Origin: an uncultured Rhodopirellula sp.
GTDB lineage: Bacteria; Planctomycetota; Planctomycetia; Pirellulales; Pirellulaceae
Reading direction: 5' to 3'
Length of the DNA: 64,000 nt
Assembly (NCBI GenBank): GCA_964007735.1
Contig: CAXGAI010000008.1
Span: 62,001-126,000, forward strand
The notes beneath the pieces were generated by a model, which saw only the letters and a program-made list of their open reading frames with translations, was not told where the DNA came from and did not search any database. A program made the position numbers and the translations under genes. The first letter of the stretch is position 1, and every line of letters starts with the position of its first letter. Shown piece after piece: positions 49,761 through 59,806 of this stretch.

Positions 49761-52688
49761 ATGGCCAATCGTCGTTTTCTGGCTCTATCATTTGGACTCT
49801 GCATTAGCATATTAACGCAATCAGCAGCCTCAGCTCAGCAAGTGGACTTTGATAGAGACATTCGCCCCATCTTATCGAATAACTGCTTTGCCTGTCATGG
49901 CCCTGATGAAAACGCACGCCAAGCCGAGCTTCGTCTAGATGACAAAGACAGTGTCTTTGCTCAACGGGACGTTGCTCTTATTCAACCTCACAAAGCTGCT
50001 GCCAGTGAGCTGTTTCGACGAATTTCATCGACCGACGAAAATGAAATGATGCCGCCGGCTGATTTCCGTAAAAAACTAACTAGCAAGCAAGTCGAATTAA
50101 TCCGGAAATGGATTGATCAAGGAGCTGAATGGAAGCAGCATTGGGCCTGGACTGCGCCTAATCGCCCGGAGATTCCAAAGTCCGGCAAAGATGGAGTTCC
50201 TAATGTCATCGACAGCTTTATCATCCAGCAATTGACCAAGGAAACGTTGACTATGAGCGAGCCCGCTGACCGGGTAACGCTGATTCGTCGTCTCAGCTTT
50301 GACCTCTTAGGACTTCCTCCAAATACCGAAGAAGTTGCCGAGTTCGTAAACGATAAAGACCCTCAAGCCTATTCGAATCTCGTTAAGCGATTGCTGGACA
50401 AACCGCAGTATGGTGAACGACTCGCGATGTATTGGCTGGACATCGTTCGCTATGCAGACAGCAACGGCTACCACGCCGATAAAACGCGGCAAATCGCTCC
50501 GTACCGAGATTATGTCATCAACTCTTTCAACTCCAACAAGCCATATGATCAATTTGTTCGGGAGCAGTTAGGAGGAGATTTGATGGAGAATGCGACCATT
50601 GAACAACAGGTTGCCTCTGGATTCAACATGCTGCTTCAAACCACCGACGAAGGTGGTGCTCAGGCAAAAGAGTACTTAGCGAAGTACTCCGCTGACCGCG
50701 TGCGTAACACTGCGTCCATCTTCCTCGGAGTCACGCTGGGATGTGCCGAATGTCATGACCATAAGTATGACCCTTTCACGACACAGGACTTTTACAATTT
50801 CGCATCGTTCTTTGCTGACATCAATGAAGTCGGAGTAGGAAATGCCCCTGCATTTCCTGTGATCAACGGAATGCTGGCTGACCAGATTGCTGAAAAGAAC
50901 AGAATCATTACTGAAAAACAAAACACCTTGAATATTGCAGCACGTGAGATCTCAGATTCACGCAAAGCATGGGAAGCCGAACTGGTAAAACAGGCTGACA
51001 CCAGTATCACCGTCGGCAAGTGGCAGTATATTGGTCCAATCGGGGCCGCAAGTTTTGACGAAGCTCATGATAAATCATTCTTTAACGAAGCCGAAGTAGT
51101 TGATCCGGCTGCGCCCATTGGTGACAAGCAATGGGGTGAAAAGGACTTTGCCGATGGCACGATTCATGCCCTCGACCAGACTCCAAATAGTGCTCATTAT
51201 CTGCAACGCACTCTCACCGTAAAAGCTGCTACCAAAATTGAACTGCGATTTGGCAGCGACGATGGAATTCGGGTTTGGCTTAATCAAAAAGAGGTTTTAA
51301 ACAATAAAGTTACCCGAGGCCCGGCTGCCGATCAGGAAAAGGTGACGGTTGACCTTACCGAAGGTGATAATACGCTGCTGGTGAAGATTTCACAGGGCGC
51401 CGGGGGAGCCGGATTCTACTATGCTCATAACAATAGCGGTGTTCCCGCCGATATTGGTGCGATCCTTGTGAAGACTGAGCGAACAGAAGCTGAACAAAAC
51501 AAGCTTTCAGATTACTATCGTGATAACAGTACAAATCTGAAGCCCCAACGCGACGAGCTCGCTCAGTTGCAAAAACAATTGGAACAATTGAACAACTCAG
51601 CCCCACGTACTTTAATGACCCGGGTTCGGGAACCCCGAATGATTCGTGTTCTACCTCGTGGTAACTGGATGGATGATTCCGGCACCGAAGCGTCACCGAC
51701 AGTGCCCGGTTTCATGAAACCGATGGCTATCGATGACAGACGTGCCAACCGTCTGGATCTGGCCGACTGGATGGTGGATCCGGGTAACCCGCTTACTTCC
51801 CGAGTCGTTGTCAATCGGCTTTGGAAACTGTTCTTTGGGCACGGATTGGCAGAACCTTTAGATGACTTGGGGGCGCAAGGTACTCGACCTACGCATCCGG
51901 AACTACTCGATTGGCTATCAGTGGAACTTATTGAAAGTGGCTGGGATCTCAAACACATCGTCAAGCTGATTGTGAATTCCAGTGCATATCAGCAATCTTC
52001 AACGATGACAGCCGAGTTGGCAGCGCTCGACCCCTACAACTACAAATATGCGCGTCAAAGCCAGTTCCGTCTGGATGCTGAAATGATTCGCGATACTGCC
52101 TTGTCCATTAGTGGCCTGCTTTCAGACAAGCTCGGAGGATCGAGTGTAAAGCCTTATCAACCGGCCGGCTATTGGAAGCACATGAACTTCCCAAAACGAA
52201 CCTGGCAGATGTCCGGGGGTGACGAAATTTATCGGCGAGGCTTATATACCCACTGGCAACGAATGTTCCTACACCCCTCCCTCTTAGCATTCGACGCTCC
52301 TAGTCGTGAAGAATGTACTGTCAGTCGCCCTCGTTCAAATACACCCCAACAGGCTTTAGTATTACTCAACGACCCCACTTACGTCGAAGCAGCCCGGGCC
52401 TTTGCTGAACGCATTATGATGGATGGAGGAGCAGATGATTCAAGCAAGCTTAACTGGGCCATCCAAACAGCACTGTCACGAAACGTGAATCCAAATGAAG
52501 CCAACGTGTTACTAAATGTGCTGGCAAAACATCTGGAACATTATAAAGCTGATCCACAAGCTGCTGATGAATACCTGACTGTTGGTCGTCGAACGGTAGC
52601 TGAGAACATCGATAAGAGTGAACTGGCTGCCTGGACATCTGTCGCTCGTATTATTCTCAATCTGCATGAAACAATTACCCGCAACTAA
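49761..52688 (+). CDS. PSD1/planctomycete cytochrome c domain protein (DUF1549/DUF1553) with PA14-like insert
   Basis: CFACHGPD; HWAW; YGERLAMYWLD; CAECHDHKYDP; GSDDGIRVWLN insert; NTPQQAL. Confidence 0.92.
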   Translation: MANRRFLALSFGLCISILTQSAASAQQVDFDRDIRPILSNNCFACHGPDENARQAELRLDDKDSVFAQRDVALIQPHKAAASELFRRISSTDENEMMPPADFRKKLTSKQVELIRKWIDQGAEWKQHWAWTAPNRPEIPKSGKDGVPNVIDSFIIQQLTKETLTMSEPADRVTLIRRLSFDLLGLPPNTEEVAEFVNDKDPQAYSNLVKRLLDKPQYGERLAMYWLDIVRYADSNGYHADKTRQIAPYRDYVINSFNSNKPYDQFVREQLGGDLMENATIEQQVASGFNMLLQTTDEGGAQAKEYLAKYSADRVRNTASIFLGVTLGCAECHDHKYDPFTTQDFYNFASFFADINEVGVGNAPAFPVINGMLADQIAEKNRIITEKQNTLNIAAREISDSRKAWEAELVKQADTSITVGKWQYIGPIGAASFDEAHDKSFFNEAEVVDPAAPIGDKQWGEKDFADGTIHALDQTPNSAHYLQRTLTVKAATKIELRFGSDDGIRVWLNQKEVLNNKVTRGPAADQEKVTVDLTEGDNTLLVKISQGAGGAGFYYAHNNSGVPADIGAILVKTERTEAEQNKLSDYYRDNSTNLKPQRDELAQLQKQLEQLNNSAPRTLMTRVREPRMIRVLPRGNWMDDSGTEASPTVPGFMKPMAIDDRRANRLDLADWMVDPGNPLTSRVVVNRLWKLFFGHGLAEPLDDLGAQGTRPTHPELLDWLSVELIESGWDLKHIVKLIVNSSAYQQSSTMTAELAALDPYNYKYARQSQFRLDAEMIRDTALSISGLLSDKLGGSSVKPYQPAGYWKHMNFPKRTWQMSGGDEIYRRGLYTHWQRMFLHPSLLAFDAPSREECTVSRPRSNTPQQALVLLNDPTYVEAARAFAERIMMDGGADDSSKLNWAIQTALSRNVNPNEANVLLNVLAKHLEHYKADPQAADEYLTVGRRTVAENIDKSELAAWTSVARIILNLHETITRN

Positions 52689-52730
52689 ACTTTTTCGTTG
52701 CGGCTACGAAATAAACCGGAGGTCATTCCA

Positions 52731-54149
52731 ATGGCTAAAAATTCATTCTCGTTAAACCGTCGTTGTTTTCTGGGACAAGGTGCGCAGGGAGTCGGTGTTT
52801 ATGCACTCGCATCACTCTTTGGACAGACACAAGGTGCGGATGTCGAGGTTCCTCGCTGGCCGGGCATTCTCAATGGTAAACTTCACCGGGAAGCCAAAGC
52901 AAAACGGGTGATCTTTCTGACAATGGCCGGTGGAATGAGCCATTTGGAAACATTTGACAATAAGCCCAAACTTCGAGAGCTTGATGGGCAGCCGATGCCT
53001 GAATCCTACACGAAAGGCCAGCCAATCGCTCAGTTGCAAAACCGTGAATTGCGATGTCTAGGTGGTCAACACGAATTCAAGAAACATGGTGAATCCGGCA
53101 ATGAACTTTCTGCAATCTGGGAGCATCTCGGTAGCGTGGCTGATGATATTGCAATCATTCGATCATTGAAGACTGAAGCTATTAATCATGACCCGGCTCA
53201 CACTTTCATGAATACCGGAACAACCATCAGCGGGCGTCCGTCGATGGGTTCCTGGCTAACCTACGGCCTCGGATCCGAAACAGAAAATCTACCAGGCTTC
53301 GTTGTTCTCACCTCATCCGGCGGTGGACAGGACCAACCAATTGCTTCACGGCAATGGCACAGTGGTTTTCTGCCAAGTCGTTTTCAGGGTGTTCACTTTC
53401 ACAGTCAGGGAGATCCTGTACTCTATGTAAACAATCCTCCCGGAATTGATCGGGAAGGGCAGGGCGACATTGTCAAAGCGGTGCAGCAATTAAATCAGTT
53501 CCGTGGCGCGGTGGTAAACGATCCCGAAATTACCACCCGCATTAGTCAATATGAAATGGCATTCCGGATGCAGGCAAGTGTCCCCGGACTGATGGACACT
53601 AGCGATGAAACCCAGACCACATTAGATCTCTATGGGACCAAAGGTGCGGATGGAACGTTTGCGGCAAACTGCTTGCTGGCTCGCCGTCTGGCTGAACGCG
53701 GTTGCCGCTTCATTCAGCTTTACCACCGCGGTTGGGACCATCATGGTAATGTGAAAGGTGCTAGTCAAAACACGGCTAAACTAATCGACCAGGGGATCTC
53801 CGCGTTGATTAAAGACCTCAAGCAACGTGACATGTTCGATGACACGTTAATCGTTTTTGCCAGTGAATTCGGTCGAACACCAATGGCTCAGGGCAACGGA
53901 CGGGATCACCATATTAAGGGGTATTCAATCTTTTTGGCTGGTGGAGGAATTAAGCCCGGAACGACGGTAGGGGCCACGGACGACCTGGGTTATAACGCGG
54001 TCGAAGATATTGTCACCGTTCATGACCTGCATGCAACCATGCTATACCTGTTGGGTATCGACCACGAACGCATGACATTTCAATTCCAGGGACGAGATTT
54101 CCGTCTCACGGACGTTCATGGAACCGTCGTCGACAAGCTGCTGGCATAG
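52731..54149 (+). CDS. DUF1501 domain protein (Tat-exported)
   Basis: LNRRCFL; SHLETFDNKP; WDHH; EFGRTP; GRDHH; RLTDVHG. ATG at 52731 follows a GGAGG RBS. Confidence 0.92.
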   Translation: MAKNSFSLNRRCFLGQGAQGVGVYALASLFGQTQGADVEVPRWPGILNGKLHREAKAKRVIFLTMAGGMSHLETFDNKPKLRELDGQPMPESYTKGQPIAQLQNRELRCLGGQHEFKKHGESGNELSAIWEHLGSVADDIAIIRSLKTEAINHDPAHTFMNTGTTISGRPSMGSWLTYGLGSETENLPGFVVLTSSGGGQDQPIASRQWHSGFLPSRFQGVHFHSQGDPVLYVNNPPGIDREGQGDIVKAVQQLNQFRGAVVNDPEITTRISQYEMAFRMQASVPGLMDTSDETQTTLDLYGTKGADGTFAANCLLARRLAERGCRFIQLYHRGWDHHGNVKGASQNTAKLIDQGISALIKDLKQRDMFDDTLIVFASEFGRTPMAQGNGRDHHIKGYSIFLAGGGIKPGTTVGATDDLGYNAVEDIVTVHDLHATMLYLLGIDHERMTFQFQGRDFRLTDVHGTVVDKLLA

Positions 54150-54163
54150 GCTAAGCCTGATGC

Positions 54164-55549
54164 TTACAAAACAATCTCGTCTATTACTCTACCACCCACG
54201 TCCGTAAGCCTGAAGTCACGTCCCTGATGACGGTAAGTCAGCTTCGTATGATCCACTCCCAACATTTTAAGAACCGTGGCGTGAATATCATGCACCTCAA
54301 TTTTGTTTTCTTGTGCATGAAATCCAAATTCGTCGGTCGAGCCGTAAACGGTGCCACCTTTGATACCACCGCCGGCCATCCACATCGTAAATCCATGTGG
54401 ATGATGATCACGCCCCCAATTCTCACCACCGCCCTGAATCACTGGCGTCCTGCCAAACTCGCCGCCCCAAATGACGAGTGTCTCATCAAGCAGACCACGC
54501 TGCTCAAGATCCTGAAGCAATGCAGCAATTGGTTTATCAACGGCGTTACACTGACGGCGATGCTGTGATCGTAAGCCATCATGAGAATCCCATCCCATAT
54601 CATATAGCTGAACGTATCGGACTCCACTTTCGACCATCCGCCGAGCGAGTAAACAATTCCGGGCAAAGGATGGTTTTTTCTCCTCCACTCCATATTGTTC
54701 CAAAGTCTCAGTAGTTTCCCTTTTCAAATCCATCAGGCGAGGTGCTTCTGCTTGCATACGAAAGGCAAGTTCGTATTGCTTCATACGCGCCCTAATCTCA
54801 GGGTCACCCGTCTCTTGAAATTTCCGGTCATTCATCCAACGCATCAAACTCAATTGGCGTTGTCGATCTTCTCGAAAAATCCGTTCCGGATTCTTCAGAT
54901 ACAATATGGGACTTCCCGTATTTCTCAGTTCAACTCCCTGATGATTTGTTGGCAAAAAGCCACTCGACCAATAACTGGTAAGCAAAGGTTGTCTTTTTAC
55001 ACCTGAAGTCATGACGAGATAAGCCGGCATCTCCTCTGTTAAATTCCCCAGGCCATAGCTGATCCAGGAACCCATCGTAGGTCGACCTACCCGCGAATCT
55101 CCTGTATTGAGAAAGCTCACGGCAGGATCATGATTAAAAACTCTACTGTGAACAGAACGCAGGACCGCTAACTTATCGACTTGTGTTGCTATGTGAGGAA
55201 AAAGCTCCGACACGGAAATGCCCGACTCACCATAGCTATTGAATTTAAACGGGGAACCCTGCAGATTGGGTTGCCTGATGGAGGATGGAATCATCGCAAA
55301 GTGTACATCTTTAATGTAGGACTCAGGGATGGGCTGGCCACTAAGCCTGGCCAACTCCGGCTTGGGGTCCCAGGTATCGACGTGCGAAGGACCTCCGGAC
55401 ATGAAAAGATAAATAACACTTTTTGCTTTGGGAGCAAAATGCTGACCGGTATCTTCAGCAAAAACGCCCATACTCGACAATGCCGCTAAAGACAAAACAC
55501 CAGAGGAAGTCGTCAGCATTTGGCGACGAGTTGCTTGTTGTTTACTCAT
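54164..55549 (-). CDS. DUF1501 domain protein (Tat-exported)
   Basis: TRRQML; GGPSHVDTWDPKP; WDSH; GEFGRTP; GRDHHP; RLTDVGG. Confidence 0.92.
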   Translation of the reverse strand: MSKQQATRRQMLTTSSGVLSLAALSSMGVFAEDTGQHFAPKAKSVIYLFMSGGPSHVDTWDPKPELARLSGQPIPESYIKDVHFAMIPSSIRQPNLQGSPFKFNSYGESGISVSELFPHIATQVDKLAVLRSVHSRVFNHDPAVSFLNTGDSRVGRPTMGSWISYGLGNLTEEMPAYLVMTSGVKRQPLLTSYWSSGFLPTNHQGVELRNTGSPILYLKNPERIFREDRQRQLSLMRWMNDRKFQETGDPEIRARMKQYELAFRMQAEAPRLMDLKRETTETLEQYGVEEKKPSFARNCLLARRMVESGVRYVQLYDMGWDSHDGLRSQHRRQCNAVDKPIAALLQDLEQRGLLDETLVIWGGEFGRTPVIQGGGENWGRDHHPHGFTMWMAGGGIKGGTVYGSTDEFGFHAQENKIEVHDIHATVLKMLGVDHTKLTYRHQGRDFRLTDVGGRVIDEIVL

Positions 55550-55553
55550 AGTA

Positions 55554-58544
55554 TTACTCCCTCGTCAAAGCCTCGTCGAGGTTTAACAGCACCTGCACAA
55601 TTTGAAACAACGAATCCGACTTGTTAACGGTTAAGTATGAGGTAAACGCCTTGAGCTCCTTGGAATCGGGATGCCTGGAAAGTATTAGCCGGAATGCCAG
55701 ATCAACGCGGTCTTCCACATCGGAGGACGCTTGGCTTACCCTGTTGGCAATATCTTCAGCATAACGCTCCATATTAAAGTCATTCATCAAGGCCAACGCC
55801 TGCAAAGGCGTATTTGTTGTGAAACGAGTCACTACACAACGCTCGCGACTGGGAACATCAAAAAGGACAGACATCGGATAAGGTGACATACGCTGCCAAA
55901 AAGTGTAAAGAGAACGACGGTATTGTTCCTGTTCACTCGAAGCCACCCATTTACCTGCGGTGGTATCACGATATTGCCCAACTCCCTCTGGCTGTACCGG
56001 AAATACGCTGGGACCACCAAGCAGGGGGTCTAATCGACCGCTGGCCTGTACCGCGATATCACGAATTTGCTCGGCTGACAATCGGAATCTGGAGGCCCGG
56101 CTCAACAGACGGTTCTCCGGATCAATTCTATTTCTCGAATCGGCCCTGACAGATGCTTGCTGGTACACCGCTGAATTTAAGATCAATCGGTGAATATGCT
56201 TCATATTCCAGCCGCTTTCGATAAATTCAATCGCCAACCAATCTAACAGATCCGGGTGACTGGGATATTCTCCCTGAAGTCCAAAGTCGTCAGCAGTGCC
56301 GACTATCCCCTTTCCAAAGTATTGTTGCCAAATTTTGTTTACTGCCACACGTGCAACAAGAGGGTTCTGTCGGTCGAATAATCCTCGGGCAAAGGTAAGT
56401 CGTGAAATCGGCTGATCTCGGCCGTGACCCAGAATGGCTGGAACCCCGGGGGAAACACGTTCCCCCCGATTTTCAAAATCCCCCCGTACATGCACATAGG
56501 TTTCCCGCGGTTTCGGCAACTCATCCATAATTTGAGCTTCAACGAATTGAGTAGATAATTTCTTAATCGCCTGCTCGTGCCGTTGTATGCTCCGGGTTGG
56601 TTCATCAAGAAAACTTTCCGTCAGTTGCTGGTAATACCCCAGAAGCTCATCTGAAAGTAAATCCGCGGCGAAGGCATCATGGATTTCCCGATGTTTTGTT
56701 TTCGTTAAACCGATTAACTGCAGGCCTGACAGCGGTCTGTCAAATACCATAAGGTCTTTGATTTCCCCTTTCAAAAAGAATCGGTTTGGGGTGGAAGAAT
56801 TATCAAAACCACCTCCAATACTCAGGGGCAAAGGGGATGTGGCAATGGAATTCACAAGTTCTCCTGTCAATTCTGCCTTCTGATCCAATTCACCATCAAC
56901 GTAAAACCTTAAAGATTCTCCAGCATCGTAACTTACAGCTACATGATGCCATCGGTCATCATTAACCGGAATCGAACCATAAAGGACGGCTCCGCGAAAT
57001 GGATGTTGGTTCTGTGATAACCAGACATAGAGATTGCCTGGTTTACTTTTTGGATCTTTTTGGCCACCAATCCCAAACACATAGGAACGGCGATCAGATT
57101 TCCAATCGTACTTACTGACGAGATCAGCTTCTGCTTGCTTCGTTTTCACCCACATCCCGATGGAGAAACTATCTGATATTTCCGGAGTCTCTTCTTCTCG
57201 AATTAGATGAGCTTTTGAACCTTTCAGGGATAATTCATCGATTATCAATGCGGGACTCTGAAATGCCTTGATGAGTTGGGGGTTATTACTCCAGCGATGA
57301 AGAAAGGATAAAATTTCAGCTCGATCGTTTGTTTGAAATTTATCGGTACTCGATGGTGTTTGCTTCAAACGAGCTAGTTCTGATTTGTTGTAATTAATTA
57401 ATCGTTGAACGGTAGGGGATAATACATTGATCCTCGGACCATGGACATCGAAACGTTCTCCGAGATGCGGAACGTTATTAAAGACCGCGAACAACTCGTA
57501 GTACTCTTTCTGCGAAATTGGATCGTATTTATGATCATGACATTCAGCGCATCCCAGCGTTAGCCCCAGCCAAACTTTCCCGGTAGTCTCAAGACGATCC
57601 ACGATTCCTTTCACTCTAAATTCCTCTTTCCGAGGATTATTCCCTAATGCCTGCATCGAATTGCGATGGAAGCCGGTTGCAATCAGTTGTGCTTCTGTCG
57701 GTGATTCCAGCATGTCACCAGCCAGTTGCTCGATGGTAAATTCGTCGTACGGGATATTACTATTAAATGCTTTCACTACCCAATCGCGGAATAGCCACAT
57801 CGTTCTTGGTTTATCAGCAGCATGCCCACTTGTGTCTGCATACCGCGCAGCATCCAACCACCAAACCGCCTGATGCTCACCATAAGACTCCTTGGCAAGA
57901 AAGTACTCCACCCATTGGGGCCAATCTTTGCGTGACTGATTGAAATCTTCCATTTCTCCAAGGGTTGGTGGAAGTCCTGTCGTATCCAGAGCAAGTCTTC
58001 TTAGAAGCGTGGAAACATTAGCTCTGGAAGCAGGTGATAATCCGTGGTCATCCAGCTTTTTCAGCACGAAGTAGTCAATCGGGTTGAGGGGCCACCTTCT
58101 GTTTTTTACGGCTGGCACGTCGGGGCGCACTGGAGGAGTAAAAGACCAGTGTTTGGTTACTTTGGCTCCCGCCATAATCCATTTTTTAACCAGCAACTGT
58201 TGAGCCTGGGGTAGCGGATCTCCATGGTCCGGCGGCGGCATCCTGTTTTCATCCTGGACAAGAAGACGCTGCCAGAGAGGACTCGCTTCCACAGCACCTG
58301 GACGAATCAAAACCCGACTGCGCTCCGGATCGATGATCTGACTAATCTCATCCAAACGCAAATCAGCCTTTCGTGTTTTGGCATCAGGACCATGACACTG
58401 ATAACAGTGCCGGGCAAAGATTGGAGCAATGTCACGTGAATAGTCAACCTCAGCCATCTGCCCAAGTGCCGTATCGAAATACATACAAATGTAAAAAAAT
58501 GCTAACCAACGATGACTGGTGCTCAAGACTGCCTGTAGATTCAT
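55554..58544 (-). CDS. PSD1/planctomycete cytochrome c domain protein (DUF1549/DUF1553) with LamG-like insert
   Basis: CYQCHGPD; HWSF; CAECHDHKYDP; WHHVAVSYD...FYVDG (LamG); PSHPDLLDWLA; TNTPLQAL. Confidence 0.92.
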   Translation of the reverse strand: MNLQAVLSTSHRWLAFFYICMYFDTALGQMAEVDYSRDIAPIFARHCYQCHGPDAKTRKADLRLDEISQIIDPERSRVLIRPGAVEASPLWQRLLVQDENRMPPPDHGDPLPQAQQLLVKKWIMAGAKVTKHWSFTPPVRPDVPAVKNRRWPLNPIDYFVLKKLDDHGLSPASRANVSTLLRRLALDTTGLPPTLGEMEDFNQSRKDWPQWVEYFLAKESYGEHQAVWWLDAARYADTSGHAADKPRTMWLFRDWVVKAFNSNIPYDEFTIEQLAGDMLESPTEAQLIATGFHRNSMQALGNNPRKEEFRVKGIVDRLETTGKVWLGLTLGCAECHDHKYDPISQKEYYELFAVFNNVPHLGERFDVHGPRINVLSPTVQRLINYNKSELARLKQTPSSTDKFQTNDRAEILSFLHRWSNNPQLIKAFQSPALIIDELSLKGSKAHLIREEETPEISDSFSIGMWVKTKQAEADLVSKYDWKSDRRSYVFGIGGQKDPKSKPGNLYVWLSQNQHPFRGAVLYGSIPVNDDRWHHVAVSYDAGESLRFYVDGELDQKAELTGELVNSIATSPLPLSIGGGFDNSSTPNRFFLKGEIKDLMVFDRPLSGLQLIGLTKTKHREIHDAFAADLLSDELLGYYQQLTESFLDEPTRSIQRHEQAIKKLSTQFVEAQIMDELPKPRETYVHVRGDFENRGERVSPGVPAILGHGRDQPISRLTFARGLFDRQNPLVARVAVNKIWQQYFGKGIVGTADDFGLQGEYPSHPDLLDWLAIEFIESGWNMKHIHRLILNSAVYQQASVRADSRNRIDPENRLLSRASRFRLSAEQIRDIAVQASGRLDPLLGGPSVFPVQPEGVGQYRDTTAGKWVASSEQEQYRRSLYTFWQRMSPYPMSVLFDVPSRERCVVTRFTTNTPLQALALMNDFNMERYAEDIANRVSQASSDVEDRVDLAFRLILSRHPDSKELKAFTSYLTVNKSDSLFQIVQVLLNLDEALTRE

Positions 58545-58636
58545 GATTCAAGCCCGAAAAGGGAGAAGACTAAAGTTCACTATAACAAATGCTTAAACCG
58601 GTTCCTGCCCATAGAGTTAATTCCACTGCTACCTTG

Positions 58637-58665
58637 TTGACTGCCAAGGCTGACCGGAATAGGCT
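58637..58665 (+). promoter_or_regulatory. Putative sigma70 promoter for the FHA-thioredoxin genes
   Basis: TTGACT-N17-TAGGCT. Confidence 0.45.
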
Positions 58666-58722
58666 AAATACTCCTACCTAAAAGAGTGATGACTTCAAGA
58701 GGAAGCCATAACCAACGTCACG

Positions 58723-59097
58723 ATGACGCTTACCCTTATCCATCAGAGCTATGGCGATGATGGCCCCACCAGGGCACTCATGAAACCTTCCTACCCGATT
58801 ACATTACCAGCATTGCTGGTTCCTGCTTCTACGGAACTAGAGACTCCTGTGCGCCTGAACAAATACCCCGTGTTGCTGGGTCGTAGTGAGTCCGCTGATA
58901 TTCGTCTGGATGACCGCTGGTTGAGCCGCAATCATTGTGAAATTGATGTTACCGATGGTGAATTGATTATTCGTGATCTCGGCTCAAAGCATGGTACTTA
59001 TGTCAATGAATCACCGATTGATGAAACTACGATTGAATCAGGTGACGAGCTACGAATTGGAATCACTCGGTTTGTCGTCGAGATTCCAAAAGAATAG
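58723..59097 (+). CDS. FHA domain protein
   Basis: LGRS; LSRNHC; DLGSKHGTYVN; GDELRIG. The start could instead be ATG 58780. Confidence 0.9.
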   Translation: MTLTLIHQSYGDDGPTRALMKPSYPITLPALLVPASTELETPVRLNKYPVLLGRSESADIRLDDRWLSRNHCEIDVTDGELIIRDLGSKHGTYVNESPIDETTIESGDELRIGITRFVVEIPKE

Positions 59098-59166
59098 AAT
59101 CACAGTATTGTTTAAACGATCCTCGACGCAGGATCTTCCAGAACTGATCAATACAGGATTCTCACC

Positions 59167-59763
59167 GTGGTTAAAACTGCAAGTACAATGCTGCCGCTTG
59201 GCACACAGGCACCCGATTTCTCTTTGATAAATACCGATAGCCAGAAAGTCTCACTGTCAGACTTTTCTGGTAAACCAGCGTTACTGGTTATGTTCATCTG
59301 CAATCACTGTCCTTTTGTAAAGCATATTGCCGAGGAGTTATCAGTCCTGGGACGTGAGTACCAATCACGTGGGGCTGGCATTGTAGCGATTAGCAGTAAC
59401 GACTCCACGAAATACCCAGAAGATTCCCCTGAGCAAATGGTCCACGAATCCGAAAATCGTGGCTATGTTTTCCCATATCTGTTCGACGAAGATCAGGCAG
59501 TTGCTAAAGCATACAAAGCTGCCTGTACACCTGACTTCTTTTTGTTCGACGGGGAGCAGAAACTCGTATACCGCGGCCAATTGGACGCAAGCCGACCAGG
59601 CAATGGAATTCCTGTAACTGGAGCCGATTTGCGTAGTGCGCTTGATGCCATTCTCAGTGGTCAACCTGTCGCTGAAAATCAGACTCCAAGCATCGGCTGT
59701 AACATCAAATGGGTGGAAACTAAGGAACCTGAATACTTCCTTCCCAATGGAATTGACGGTTAG
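59167..59763 (+). CDS. Thioredoxin-fold/AhpC-TSA-like redoxin (PRX-like1)
   Basis: APDFSL; FICNHCPFV; ACTPDFFLFD; YRGQLD; SIGCNIKW. Confidence 0.92.
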   Translation: MVKTASTMLPLGTQAPDFSLINTDSQKVSLSDFSGKPALLVMFICNHCPFVKHIAEELSVLGREYQSRGAGIVAISSNDSTKYPEDSPEQMVHESENRGYVFPYLFDEDQAVAKAYKAACTPDFFLFDGEQKLVYRGQLDASRPGNGIPVTGADLRSALDAILSGQPVAENQTPSIGCNIKWVETKEPEYFLPNGIDG

Positions 59764-59806
59764 TAGAACGTCCGCAGTCAATATGGCTAATCAAGGCGGA
59801 GCCGTT

